From positions 1,490 to 65,489 of the forward strand of contig JBAXQU010000001.1 of assembly GCA_037131555.1 (NCBI GenBank): a DNA stretch of 64,000 bases, in the 5' to 3' direction. This DNA comes from Bacteroidota bacterium (GTDB taxonomy: Bacteria; Bacteroidota; Bacteroidia; 2-12-FULL-35-15). Of this stretch, positions 56,584 through 64,000 are shown in pieces (position 1 is the first letter of the stretch; every line of letters begins with the position of its first letter). The notes under the pieces are model-generated. The model was not told where the DNA came from and did not search any database. It worked only from the letters and a program-made list of their open reading frames with translations. The translations under genes and the position numbers were made by a program.

Positions 56584-56768
56584 GGCAATAGCGAAAAGCC
56601 AATAGCGAATAGTTATTCGTAACTGATTTTTTGTTGCTTATTTATAGCTGAGAACACAGAGTTAAAAACCGCTGAGGCTCGCAGAGTTTTGCTCTCATGT
56701 CTCAAATCCTAAATCCTAAATTATAATTCCTAAATTTTAATTCGTAGATTCGTATTTCGGAAGTTTAT
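56584..56768 (+). repeat. Dispersed intergenic repeat family, copy B (longest)
   Basis: Contains ggcaatagcgaa, gctgagaacacagagttaaaa, gaggctcgcagag and aaatcctaaatcctaaat. Related to copies at 34841 and 35422 (inverted). Confidence 0.55.
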
Positions 56769-57066
56769 TCATCAGATTACAAATTACCTATTTTTTTCGT
56801 GCCTCAACTATACAATATATATGTATCCCTTTTCGGTCAATTTTTAACATTTCCCGCATCATGTTTTCTGCTTTTTTCATTTTTCGGACAGTTGTTTTTC
56901 CGAAAAAAGGGAGTTCGTTTTTCAAAATGAAGGTAGAAGAAGGCAAAATTTCGAGTTTTTGGGAAAACAACTTCCACTCCTCTCCAAAATAAGTGACCAA
57001 CCCTCTCTCTTTTCTCTATAAAAATCTCATATATTACTGTTTTTTAATGCCATAAAAGGCGATAGT

Positions 57067-57290
57067 TCGCAAGTCTACTGGTTAAAAACTGGCAAAAACA
57101 CCCCCCTTTTGTCAACATGCGAGGGGCAGCCTTGCGCGCAAGGCTATGCCTCGCATGTTTGCGAACGATAGAATTGCAACCAATCCGACCCCTCGCATGT
57201 TTGCGGAAGGGTAAATTTTGACCAAGGATGAGGTTCGCATTATTGCGACCCTTAGTTTTTGTTCTTAGAACATCAATCGCAAGTTTGCGA
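57067..57290. repeat. Phased array of 14-bp palindromes TCGCA-N4-TGCGA at exact 42-bp spacing
   Basis: Full sites are at 57151, 57193 (one mismatch), 57235 and 57277. Half-sites at 57067 and 57109 are in phase. The 28-bp spacers are unrelated to one another. Confidence 0.75.
57114..57159. repeat. Nested hairpin-forming inverted repeat
   Basis: 11-bp arms (aacatgcgagg / cctcgcatgtt) enclose the 16-bp perfect palindrome gccttgcgcgcaaggc. Confidence 0.7.
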
Positions 57291-57528
57291 GGGGTGGTTT
57301 TTTATCCATTTTTTGGTTTCGCCAACATGATTTCTTCAAAATTTTTGGCCGAAATGGGGTTTGGAATTATTTCTGCGGAGCAATTCTTCACCAAAAAAAA
57401 GTTTGAAATGATGAAGGATGATTTCGTTCTCGCTTCCTTAGCTTTTAGCTATTCGTCAACGCAAGTTTACCAATAACTAACATTCATCATGTTTCGCATT
57501 TTCATGAAAATCGCCCATCTATTTTTGA

Positions 57529-57536
57529 TAATTTTG
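57529..57536 (+). promoter_or_regulatory. -7 promoter box TAATTTTG
   Basis: Lies 47 nt upstream of the ATG at 57584. A second match, TATTTTTG, is at 57520..57527. Confidence 0.35.
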
Positions 57537-57583
57537 TTGCGTTAATCAATCATCGTTATTCAATCGTCATCCGATTATCAATT

Positions 57584-59365
57584 ATGTCAATTAAGAATTT
57601 CAAATTCACTCCTACACTGCAAGTCATCAGCTTGCTAGTTTTGGCAATAGGCCTTAATTTCAATACGCTTTTTGGTATATACACCTTAGACGATGCTGTG
57701 GTGATGAGCTCCAACACCATGGTAGAAAAAGGCATTAGCGGAATACCCGAGATATTCACAAGCAATTTGCTAGATGGTTCCAAAGGTTCGCATGCCAACC
57801 TCACGCAGGCTCGTTATCGTCCTTTCTCTACGGCTACCTTTGCGGTGGAGTATCAGTTTTTCGGTCGCAACCCTATGGTGAGTCACCTCATCAATCTAAG
57901 TATATTTCTATTGCTGGTGCTGGTTTTGTTTCGTTTGCTGCGCACTTCCATCTTTCAGCATCAGCACGAGTATTTGGCTTTTGTCACCTGTTTGATTTAT
58001 GTAGCTCACCCCATCCACACCGAAGTGATAGCCAACGTAAAAAGTCGCGATGAGTTAATTACTTTTCTATTTGTGGTGCTTTCGCTCAAGTTTTTTATTC
58101 AATATAGTTTGAAGCAAAGCTATGTGCAGCTTTCGCTCGCCTTGCTTTGTTTTTTCGTTGCCTTGCTTACGCGCGAAAGCGCCATCACTTTTGTAGCGGT
58201 GGTGCCGCTGGTGATGTATTATTTTTACAACCGAACCATTAAACAATCGTTGCTTTATGCCCTTCCATTGGTGTTGGTATCGGTTTTGTTTCTTGCCATT
58301 CGTTATTTTGCAACGCGCAATGCTCACGACACCACACCGCTCATAGTGCTCAATTCGCCATTCATGTGGGCAACAGCCTCTCAGGCCTTTGCCACCAAAA
58401 CGTTTATTCTGTTGAAGTACATCGGCTTGTTGTTTTTCCCACATCCACTCTCGTGGGATTATGGCTTTAATCAAATACCGTATATCTCCTTGGCCTCAGT
58501 CGAATTCGTGGTATCGTTGGTTGTCATCGTGGCCTTGTTGGTTTATGGTTTGATGAAATTCAAATCGAAATCCATCTACTCGTTCAGTATCCTTTATTAT
58601 TTTGTTACCATTTCTTTGTTCAGCAATTTTCTTGTTGATGTGGGCACACCGCTATCCGAGCGGTTTCTGTTTCAGCCCTCGCTTGCTTTTTGCATCATCA
58701 TCGCTTCGCTTTATTTGCACTTCGAACAAAAATCGCAGGTGCTTTCCACTGCTTTACTTGCCGTGGTGGTTGTTTTGTTTTCTATAAAAACAGTAGTACG
58801 CAACCGAGTGTGGGAAAACAACGAAACCCTCAACCTTACTGATGTGTCCACTTCACCCAATAGCGAACGCACCAATCAATATGCAACAGAACTGTATATT
58901 TTAAAAGCAAACAAAGAAACTAATATCGACCTGAAAAGAGAGTACTTCAGAAAAGCAGCTTACTATGGCGAGCGCTGTATTCAAATCTATCCCGACAACC
59001 CCATTGCTACCATGGAGCTAGGTTCGGCTTATTTCGGATTGCAAGATTATTACAAAACAGCAGAGTACTGGACCAAAACCTATCGCCTCATCCCCAACGA
59101 CCCACAAGCTAAGTATTGGGTTGAGTATCTGAGTAACGTGTTCAACAAACAGGGCAATGGGTTTAGCGAACATGGCGACCGAGGTGAAGCCATCAATTGT
59201 TTTAAGAAAGCAACACAACTTAATTACGACAATGTGGAAGCGTGGTACAACTTAGGAGGTCATTATTATTTGAACAAAGACAGTGTGAATGGTTCATTAG
59301 CTTGGGAAACCGTGAAACGCCTCAGCCCGAATCATCCGCTCGATATGAAAGATTTCGAAAATTAA
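57584..59365 (+). CDS. TMTC/DUF1736-like polytopic membrane protein with C-terminal TPR repeats (paralogue)
   Basis: 593 aa with the same architecture and motif (HPIHTEVIANVKSRDE) as 54575..56521. Confidence 0.6.
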   Translation: MSIKNFKFTPTLQVISLLVLAIGLNFNTLFGIYTLDDAVVMSSNTMVEKGISGIPEIFTSNLLDGSKGSHANLTQARYRPFSTATFAVEYQFFGRNPMVSHLINLSIFLLLVLVLFRLLRTSIFQHQHEYLAFVTCLIYVAHPIHTEVIANVKSRDELITFLFVVLSLKFFIQYSLKQSYVQLSLALLCFFVALLTRESAITFVAVVPLVMYYFYNRTIKQSLLYALPLVLVSVLFLAIRYFATRNAHDTTPLIVLNSPFMWATASQAFATKTFILLKYIGLLFFPHPLSWDYGFNQIPYISLASVEFVVSLVVIVALLVYGLMKFKSKSIYSFSILYYFVTISLFSNFLVDVGTPLSERFLFQPSLAFCIIIASLYLHFEQKSQVLSTALLAVVVVLFSIKTVVRNRVWENNETLNLTDVSTSPNSERTNQYATELYILKANKETNIDLKREYFRKAAYYGERCIQIYPDNPIATMELGSAYFGLQDYYKTAEYWTKTYRLIPNDPQAKYWVEYLSNVFNKQGNGFSEHGDRGEAINCFKKATQLNYDNVEAWYNLGGHYYLNKDSVNGSLAWETVKRLSPNHPLDMKDFEN

Positions 59366-59419
59366 CTACCATTAACTTAGTATTTTTGGGTGAGTTCTCT
59401 TTTCAATTTGGATAATGCT

Positions 59420-59427
59420 TACTTTTG
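59420..59427 (+). promoter_or_regulatory. -7 promoter box TACTTTTG
   Basis: Lies 18 nt upstream of the metF ATG. Confidence 0.45.
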
Positions 59428-59445
59428 CGACCTTAATCCAAACCA

Positions 59446-60399
59446 ATGAAAGTAATCGAACACATCAACCGAGCAAATTCAACCTTATTCTCTATGGAAA
59501 TTCTTCCTCCATTAAAAGGGAAGAGCATACAATCGATATTCGATGGTATCGACCCGTTGATGGAATTCAAACCTTCCTTTGTTGATGTTACTTATCATCG
59601 CGAAGAATACCTTTACAAAAAACGTGAAGGAGGATACTTGGAAAAAGTAAGCATCCGCAAACGACCAGGAACGGTTGGTATTTGCGCAGCCATCATCAAT
59701 AAATATCATATCGACACTGTGCCGCATATCATCTGCGGAGGCTTCACTCGCGAGGAAACCGAGAATGCTCTAATCGATTTGCAATTCCTAGGTATTGATA
59801 ACGTACTTGCTTTGCGTGGCGATTCGATAAAGAGCGAACCCGAATTTGTTCCTGAACCCAACGGACATCATTATGCCATCGACCTTGTGAAACAGATAAA
59901 ACAAATGAACAATGGACGATACATGGAAAACGATTTGGCCGATGTAGCTCCTACCAATTTCTGCATTGGTGTGGCTGGTTATCCCGAAAAACATTTCGAA
60001 GCTCCTAATATGATTTCGGATATGAAACACCTGAAAGCTAAAATAGCCGCTGGTGCTGAATACATCGTCACTCAAATGTTTTTTGATAATCAACAATATT
60101 TTTCGTTTGTAAACAAATGCCGCGAGATGGACATCAACGTTCCTATTCTCCCCGGTTTGAAAATAATGACCTCCAAAAAACAAGCTACTACATTATCTAA
60201 AATATTTAAGATTGACATTCCACAACCTTTGTTGGAACAAATTGAAAAATGTAAAACAGATGAACAAGCAAAAGAAGTAGGTATTGAATGGTGCATTCAG
60301 CAATCGAAAGAATTGATACAAGCCAAGGTCCCTTGTCTTCACTTTTACACCATGGGCACTTCCGAAGTTACTCGCAGAGTAGCGAGTAAGGTGTTTTAA
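59446..60399 (+). CDS. metF: 5,10-methylenetetrahydrofolate reductase
   Basis: 317 aa with MEILPPLKG, VDVTYH, LALRGD and YIVTQMFFD. Confidence 0.87.
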   Translation: MKVIEHINRANSTLFSMEILPPLKGKSIQSIFDGIDPLMEFKPSFVDVTYHREEYLYKKREGGYLEKVSIRKRPGTVGICAAIINKYHIDTVPHIICGGFTREETENALIDLQFLGIDNVLALRGDSIKSEPEFVPEPNGHHYAIDLVKQIKQMNNGRYMENDLADVAPTNFCIGVAGYPEKHFEAPNMISDMKHLKAKIAAGAEYIVTQMFFDNQQYFSFVNKCREMDINVPILPGLKIMTSKKQATTLSKIFKIDIPQPLLEQIEKCKTDEQAKEVGIEWCIQQSKELIQAKVPCLHFYTMGTSEVTRRVASKVF

Positions 60400-60422
60400 A
60401 TAAACGAAACTTTTTTCGAAGG

Positions 60423-61007
60423 TTATCTGTTCATCAGTTTGCTGATGTACTTGCCAAGTATATCAAACTCCAAATTCACTTTGGTTCCTACTTTAAAAGT
60501 ATGGAAATTGGTATGATGATAGGTATAAGGAATAATGCATACCGAGAACGAATGTTGCAAAGAATTGACCACTGTTAAACTTACACCATTCACCGTTACG
60601 CTACCTTTCTCCACCGTAATGTTTCCGTTTGATGCATCATAATCGAAAGTAAACATCCAGCTTCCATTCGTTTCCGAAACATGGGAACAAGTTGCGGTTT
60701 GGTCTACATGGCCTTGCACAATGTGGCCATCTAGGCGGTCGCCAAGTTTCATGCAACGCTCCAAGTTCACCTTACTGCCAAGTTCCAACCCTCCAAGGTT
60801 TGATTTCTGTAACGTCTCGTTAATGGCTGTAACGGTGTAACTATTATCGCTGATGGATATCACGGTAAGGCAAACTCCATTATGGGCAATGCTTTGATCA
60901 ACTTTCAACTCGTGAATAAAATCACATTTCACTGATAGGTGAAGATTGCTTTGTTCCTTTTGCAAGGCTACTACTTCGCCCACTCCTTCAATTATTCCTG
61001 AAAACAT
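60423..61007 (-). CDS. ribE: Riboflavin synthase
   Basis: 194 aa with the MFSGIIEGVG start and a duplicated lumazine-binding repeat (GVCLTV / GVSLTV). Confidence 0.9.
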   Translation of the reverse strand: MFSGIIEGVGEVVALQKEQSNLHLSVKCDFIHELKVDQSIAHNGVCLTVISISDNSYTVTAINETLQKSNLGGLELGSKVNLERCMKLGDRLDGHIVQGHVDQTATCSHVSETNGSWMFTFDYDASNGNITVEKGSVTVNGVSLTVVNSLQHSFSVCIIPYTYHHTNFHTFKVGTKVNLEFDILGKYISKLMNR

Positions 61008-61014
61008 ACGCTTA

Positions 61015-63756
61015 TTATCTTGCAGCTCCCGATGGTTCTTTAAGTAGCTGTATAAATCCTTTTAACTCTCGTGGAATAATTCCATCCACATGTATTTCGT
61101 TCACGGTACATACGTAGAAATAAACCCCATCAGGGCACATCATCTTAGTACTTGAGTTTTTCCCATCCCATAAAATATCTTTGTCGTTCGTTTCGAACAT
61201 GAGTAATCCCCAGCGGTCGTATATTCTTATTTCAATATCTTTTACGTAACGATAGCCTGGCAATGGAGTCACCATATCGTTTATGTTGTCGCCATTAGGA
61301 GTAAACACATTTGGCAATTCGTATTCAGGACAATTGTCTACACAGGTTTTAGTAACAATCACACTTTCGTTACCTACTGAATCGAATGCGGTTACAGCAT
61401 AACAACCTGCTGTTGATTGCACCCCTTCGAATAAATACTGATGCGTGAAACTGGTTACACTCACATCATTTGTAGTGTAAATCAAGACCAAGGCTTCGTC
61501 TGTGGTTGGCGCAAAATATACATTATAGCCCACTGCATCATGACAACAATACGTGTTTGGATTGGTCCACGATATTACATTCTGAAAAATACCACAATCG
61601 TTCTCCACCATAAAGTTTGGCTGACAAGGTGGCACAATGTCAATAGGGGTTTCGCACCTTATTTGCGACATATTATATAATGGTCGAGGAATAAGTGGGT
61701 CGTTGAATTGCCCAACTGTTCTAACTTTATAACAGAACACTTGACCATTCACCACATTCGTATCAACGTAGGTAGTCGTGTTTGTGCTATCATACAGTAC
61801 AAAGTTCTGCGAACCATGTGGATTTGGTTTATAGATATAATATTTATAATTGACCCAAGGAACAATAGCTTGCCATGATAAAGTGATTTGATTACCCGCA
61901 GGTGTTGAACTAAGAAATACAGAAGATGCTGAATTGGTAGAACCTACCAATGTAGCGTTGGAATAAAAATCGATTCGATAGGTATATCCCGAGTCAAGCG
62001 TATTTATTCCCGAGTCAACAAATCCTGTATCGGTGATTTGAGAAAATTGCAAAGGATAAATATAACTTGCAACCTGCGAAAAACTAAGACTGCCTGTGAT
62101 TCCTGGTGAACGCATCAATCTATATTCGTAAGGAGGAGGATATACTATGGTATCTAAATTAGGTGCGCCTGCCAATGGTTTTATCCAATGAACCCAAATC
62201 GAATCGTTGGTACCCGTGCTCAGCACACTTACATTGGTGATGATTGGAACATCGCGTACGAGTGATACACAAGCATTGTCGGAGGCATAGCTTTGTGAAC
62301 CATCGGAATAATAGGCTACTATAATATAGGAATAACTAATACCACTTATCAATCCTTGACCATTGTTATTATCTGTGAAGATGGTAGTATTCGGCCCTGT
62401 GTTGGCAATCAATGTATATCCTGCCGAAGCTGGCAAGCCTGTCTCGCAAACACTGTGAAAGAAAGGAATACAATTGTTGCTTCGGTAAATATGATAACCT
62501 ACTAAAGGGTTCACCCCAACGCTATCGTGACAAGCTGCATCATTCCAATCAACAATAATACTTGAGCCATTTGGTGTAGCAGTAACTCCTGTTGGCGCTG
62601 GTGCTATCACCCTAATGAATACTGATTTGTAATCCACAAGTGGTGTATTCGGATTGCTATCCGTTGCTTTAAAGGTTACTAGATAAGGTAAATATTGCAC
62701 TTCAGCACAATTCGGAGTCCAATTAAATGCCCCTGAAACAGGCGAGAACGTTGGCGAAGAACTAAAAGTAGCGGTAGGTGTAACGTGAAATGGTCCGCCA
62801 TTTCCTTCCAACGTGACGACATTAAACTCAACATCTGTGGCATTGACTAAAAATTGGAGATGAGTATTGGCCACAATACAAGTATCGTCCACATGTTCTA
62901 TCACTGGAGGATTATTAGCACAGCTTTGCACCTCAATCTGCATATCTCTAATGACGTATCCCATGTAAAATCGATGTGTGGAACCCGAAAGCCTTCTATA
63001 CTCTTTTATTTTGATGGCAATGTTATAATTGCATACCTGATTAGGAGAGCACCATACCAAATCACCTCTGCGCACATCCATATCATTAGCCGACATATTA
63101 GGTGGATAAACCCAAGTGGAAATGGGTGTACCACGTGTATCAGCGCAAGGTACTAAGCTATATGACAAGCTATCTCCATTCGCATCATAAGCTCCTGGAT
63201 TATGAGTAAAACAAACACCAACACAAGCCTGATCTAGGGGCAAGTTAAGCAGAATAGGAGAATCATTATCACCAAGAAATGGATTGAGAACGACCTCTGT
63301 AATCAACGAAAAAGCAATTTGGTCGGAACTGCTCCCACCATTAATATTACAAGTACCCGCATTTCTATTAGGGTCGTCCATGGTCATTTGAAATGTACCT
63401 GCACCAGGAAAAGTGAATTCACCATAGTAATGATTGTACTTGGTATTCGGGTATTGATTTGTACCTAAAATCGAATTCACTTGCTGCCCATCAGCGGTAG
63501 AAGGGCAATCGAAATGATTACCATTTGTACGTGGACAAACAATACTATCGATGTACTGAGTACCATGCCAAAATAATACGGAAACTTCGCAACGGTCGGC
63601 ACTAGTATTGTAAGTATTGGTATACGTGGTTACTGTAATGCCATATAAAAAACCAGAGATGTGCTTATAAGTGATTTCCCCTGCACGATTGTGAGTAGCG
63701 TAAACATTGGTAAAACCAATGATAAGGATACCTAATAACAGAAGAATTTTTTTCAT
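61015..63756 (-). CDS. Large surface protein with T9SS type B (gliding motility-associated) C-terminal sorting domain
   Basis: 913 aa with a signal peptide. The C-terminus (NVFTPNGDNINDMV...IYDRWGLLMFE...WDGK...GVYFYV) is typical of the type B CTD. Confidence 0.75.
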   Translation of the reverse strand: MKKILLLLGILIIGFTNVYATHNRAGEITYKHISGFLYGITVTTYTNTYNTSADRCEVSVLFWHGTQYIDSIVCPRTNGNHFDCPSTADGQQVNSILGTNQYPNTKYNHYYGEFTFPGAGTFQMTMDDPNRNAGTCNINGGSSSDQIAFSLITEVVLNPFLGDNDSPILLNLPLDQACVGVCFTHNPGAYDANGDSLSYSLVPCADTRGTPISTWVYPPNMSANDMDVRRGDLVWCSPNQVCNYNIAIKIKEYRRLSGSTHRFYMGYVIRDMQIEVQSCANNPPVIEHVDDTCIVANTHLQFLVNATDVEFNVVTLEGNGGPFHVTPTATFSSSPTFSPVSGAFNWTPNCAEVQYLPYLVTFKATDSNPNTPLVDYKSVFIRVIAPAPTGVTATPNGSSIIVDWNDAACHDSVGVNPLVGYHIYRSNNCIPFFHSVCETGLPASAGYTLIANTGPNTTIFTDNNNGQGLISGISYSYIIVAYYSDGSQSYASDNACVSLVRDVPIITNVSVLSTGTNDSIWVHWIKPLAGAPNLDTIVYPPPYEYRLMRSPGITGSLSFSQVASYIYPLQFSQITDTGFVDSGINTLDSGYTYRIDFYSNATLVGSTNSASSVFLSSTPAGNQITLSWQAIVPWVNYKYYIYKPNPHGSQNFVLYDSTNTTTYVDTNVVNGQVFCYKVRTVGQFNDPLIPRPLYNMSQIRCETPIDIVPPCQPNFMVENDCGIFQNVISWTNPNTYCCHDAVGYNVYFAPTTDEALVLIYTTNDVSVTSFTHQYLFEGVQSTAGCYAVTAFDSVGNESVIVTKTCVDNCPEYELPNVFTPNGDNINDMVTPLPGYRYVKDIEIRIYDRWGLLMFETNDKDILWDGKNSSTKMMCPDGVYFYVCTVNEIHVDGIIPRELKGFIQLLKEPSGAAR

Positions 63757-63853
63757 CTATAACAATGTTGTAGAAAAGGAATGCTAAATTACTTATTATT
63801 ATTGAATACCAAACAAGTTTTTAGTTCGAAAACTTTCACTTTTAAATTTATCC

Positions 63854-63861
63854 TATCTTTG
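63854..63861 (+). promoter_or_regulatory. -7 promoter box TATCTTTG
   Basis: Lies 31 nt upstream of the ATG at 63893. Confidence 0.4.
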
Positions 63862-63892
63862 ATTCGAAAAACAATTAAAGGTTTAGTCAACT

Positions 63893-64000
63893 ATGTCGCG
63901 AATATTAACAGGAGTTCAGAGCACAAATATTCCTCATTTGGGAAATATTTTGGGAGCCATTCTTCCTGCCATTGAACTATCAAAAGAAAAAGGAAACGAT
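63893..64000 (+). CDS. trpS: Tryptophan--tRNA ligase, N-terminal fragment (runs off the right edge)
   Basis: Hand translation gives MSRILTGVQSTNIPHLGNILGAILPAIELSKEKGND, the TrpRS N-terminus with the HLGN (HIGH) motif. Confidence 0.75.
   Translation, partial: MSRILTGVQSTNIPHLGNILGAILPAIELSKEKGND

Noticed and set aside
56788-57476. ORFs 56788..57000 (minus strand) and 57228..57476 (plus strand) as genes
   Set aside because: Both lie in the repeat-rich intergenic kilobase. The second is read straight through the phased palindrome array. Neither has a promoter box or recognisable domains.
59366-59445. Riboswitch upstream of metF, and FMN riboswitch upstream of ribE (61008-61014)
   Set aside because: The metF leader is only about 80 bp with a promoter box 18 nt from the ATG. 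ribE starts 7 nt after the preceding gene. Neither leaves room for an aptamer.

Overview
This 64-kb window looks like chromosomal DNA from a low-GC member of the Bacteroidota, probably a gliding Flavobacteriia-like organism. The evidence is ssb-gldE-gldD synteny, a PorP/SprF gene, T9SS type A and type B C-terminal sorting domains, recurring TAnnTTTG -7 promoter boxes 15-55 nt upstream of start codons, and no obvious Shine-Dalgarno sites.

Most of the window is housekeeping: dusB, dnaG, ssb, tyrS, glyQS, uvrC, pth, L25, prs, xth, metF, ribE and trpS.

Three regions stand out:
1. About 10.5 kb of mobile DNA sits downstream of tRNA-Leu(CAA). A 5.3-kb cryptic prophage-like element is bounded by a 16-bp direct repeat of the tRNA 3' end. 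It is followed by a second island carrying a large serine recombinase, a resolvase and a possible HUH Rep.
2. A minus-strand locus at 37.1-44.5 kb encodes three multihaem c-type cytochromes (4, 9 and 9 haem-binding motifs), a 663-aa predicted outer-membrane beta-barrel and an NHL propeller lipoprotein. The layout recalls porin-cytochrome electron conduits. I rank this the best candidate for an undescribed system in this lineage.
3. Two colinear 425-bp repeat elements lie exactly 11,370 bp apart and bracket the cytochrome locus. Each contains six 42-bp tandem units built around a palindrome (GTAAC-N2-GTTAC in one copy, GTCAC-N2-GTGAC in the other). A third array phased at 42 bp (TCGCA-N4-TGCGA with unique spacers) lies between two TMTC-like TPR membrane protein paralogues.

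All functional calls come from motif recognition in the supplied translations. No database search was run.
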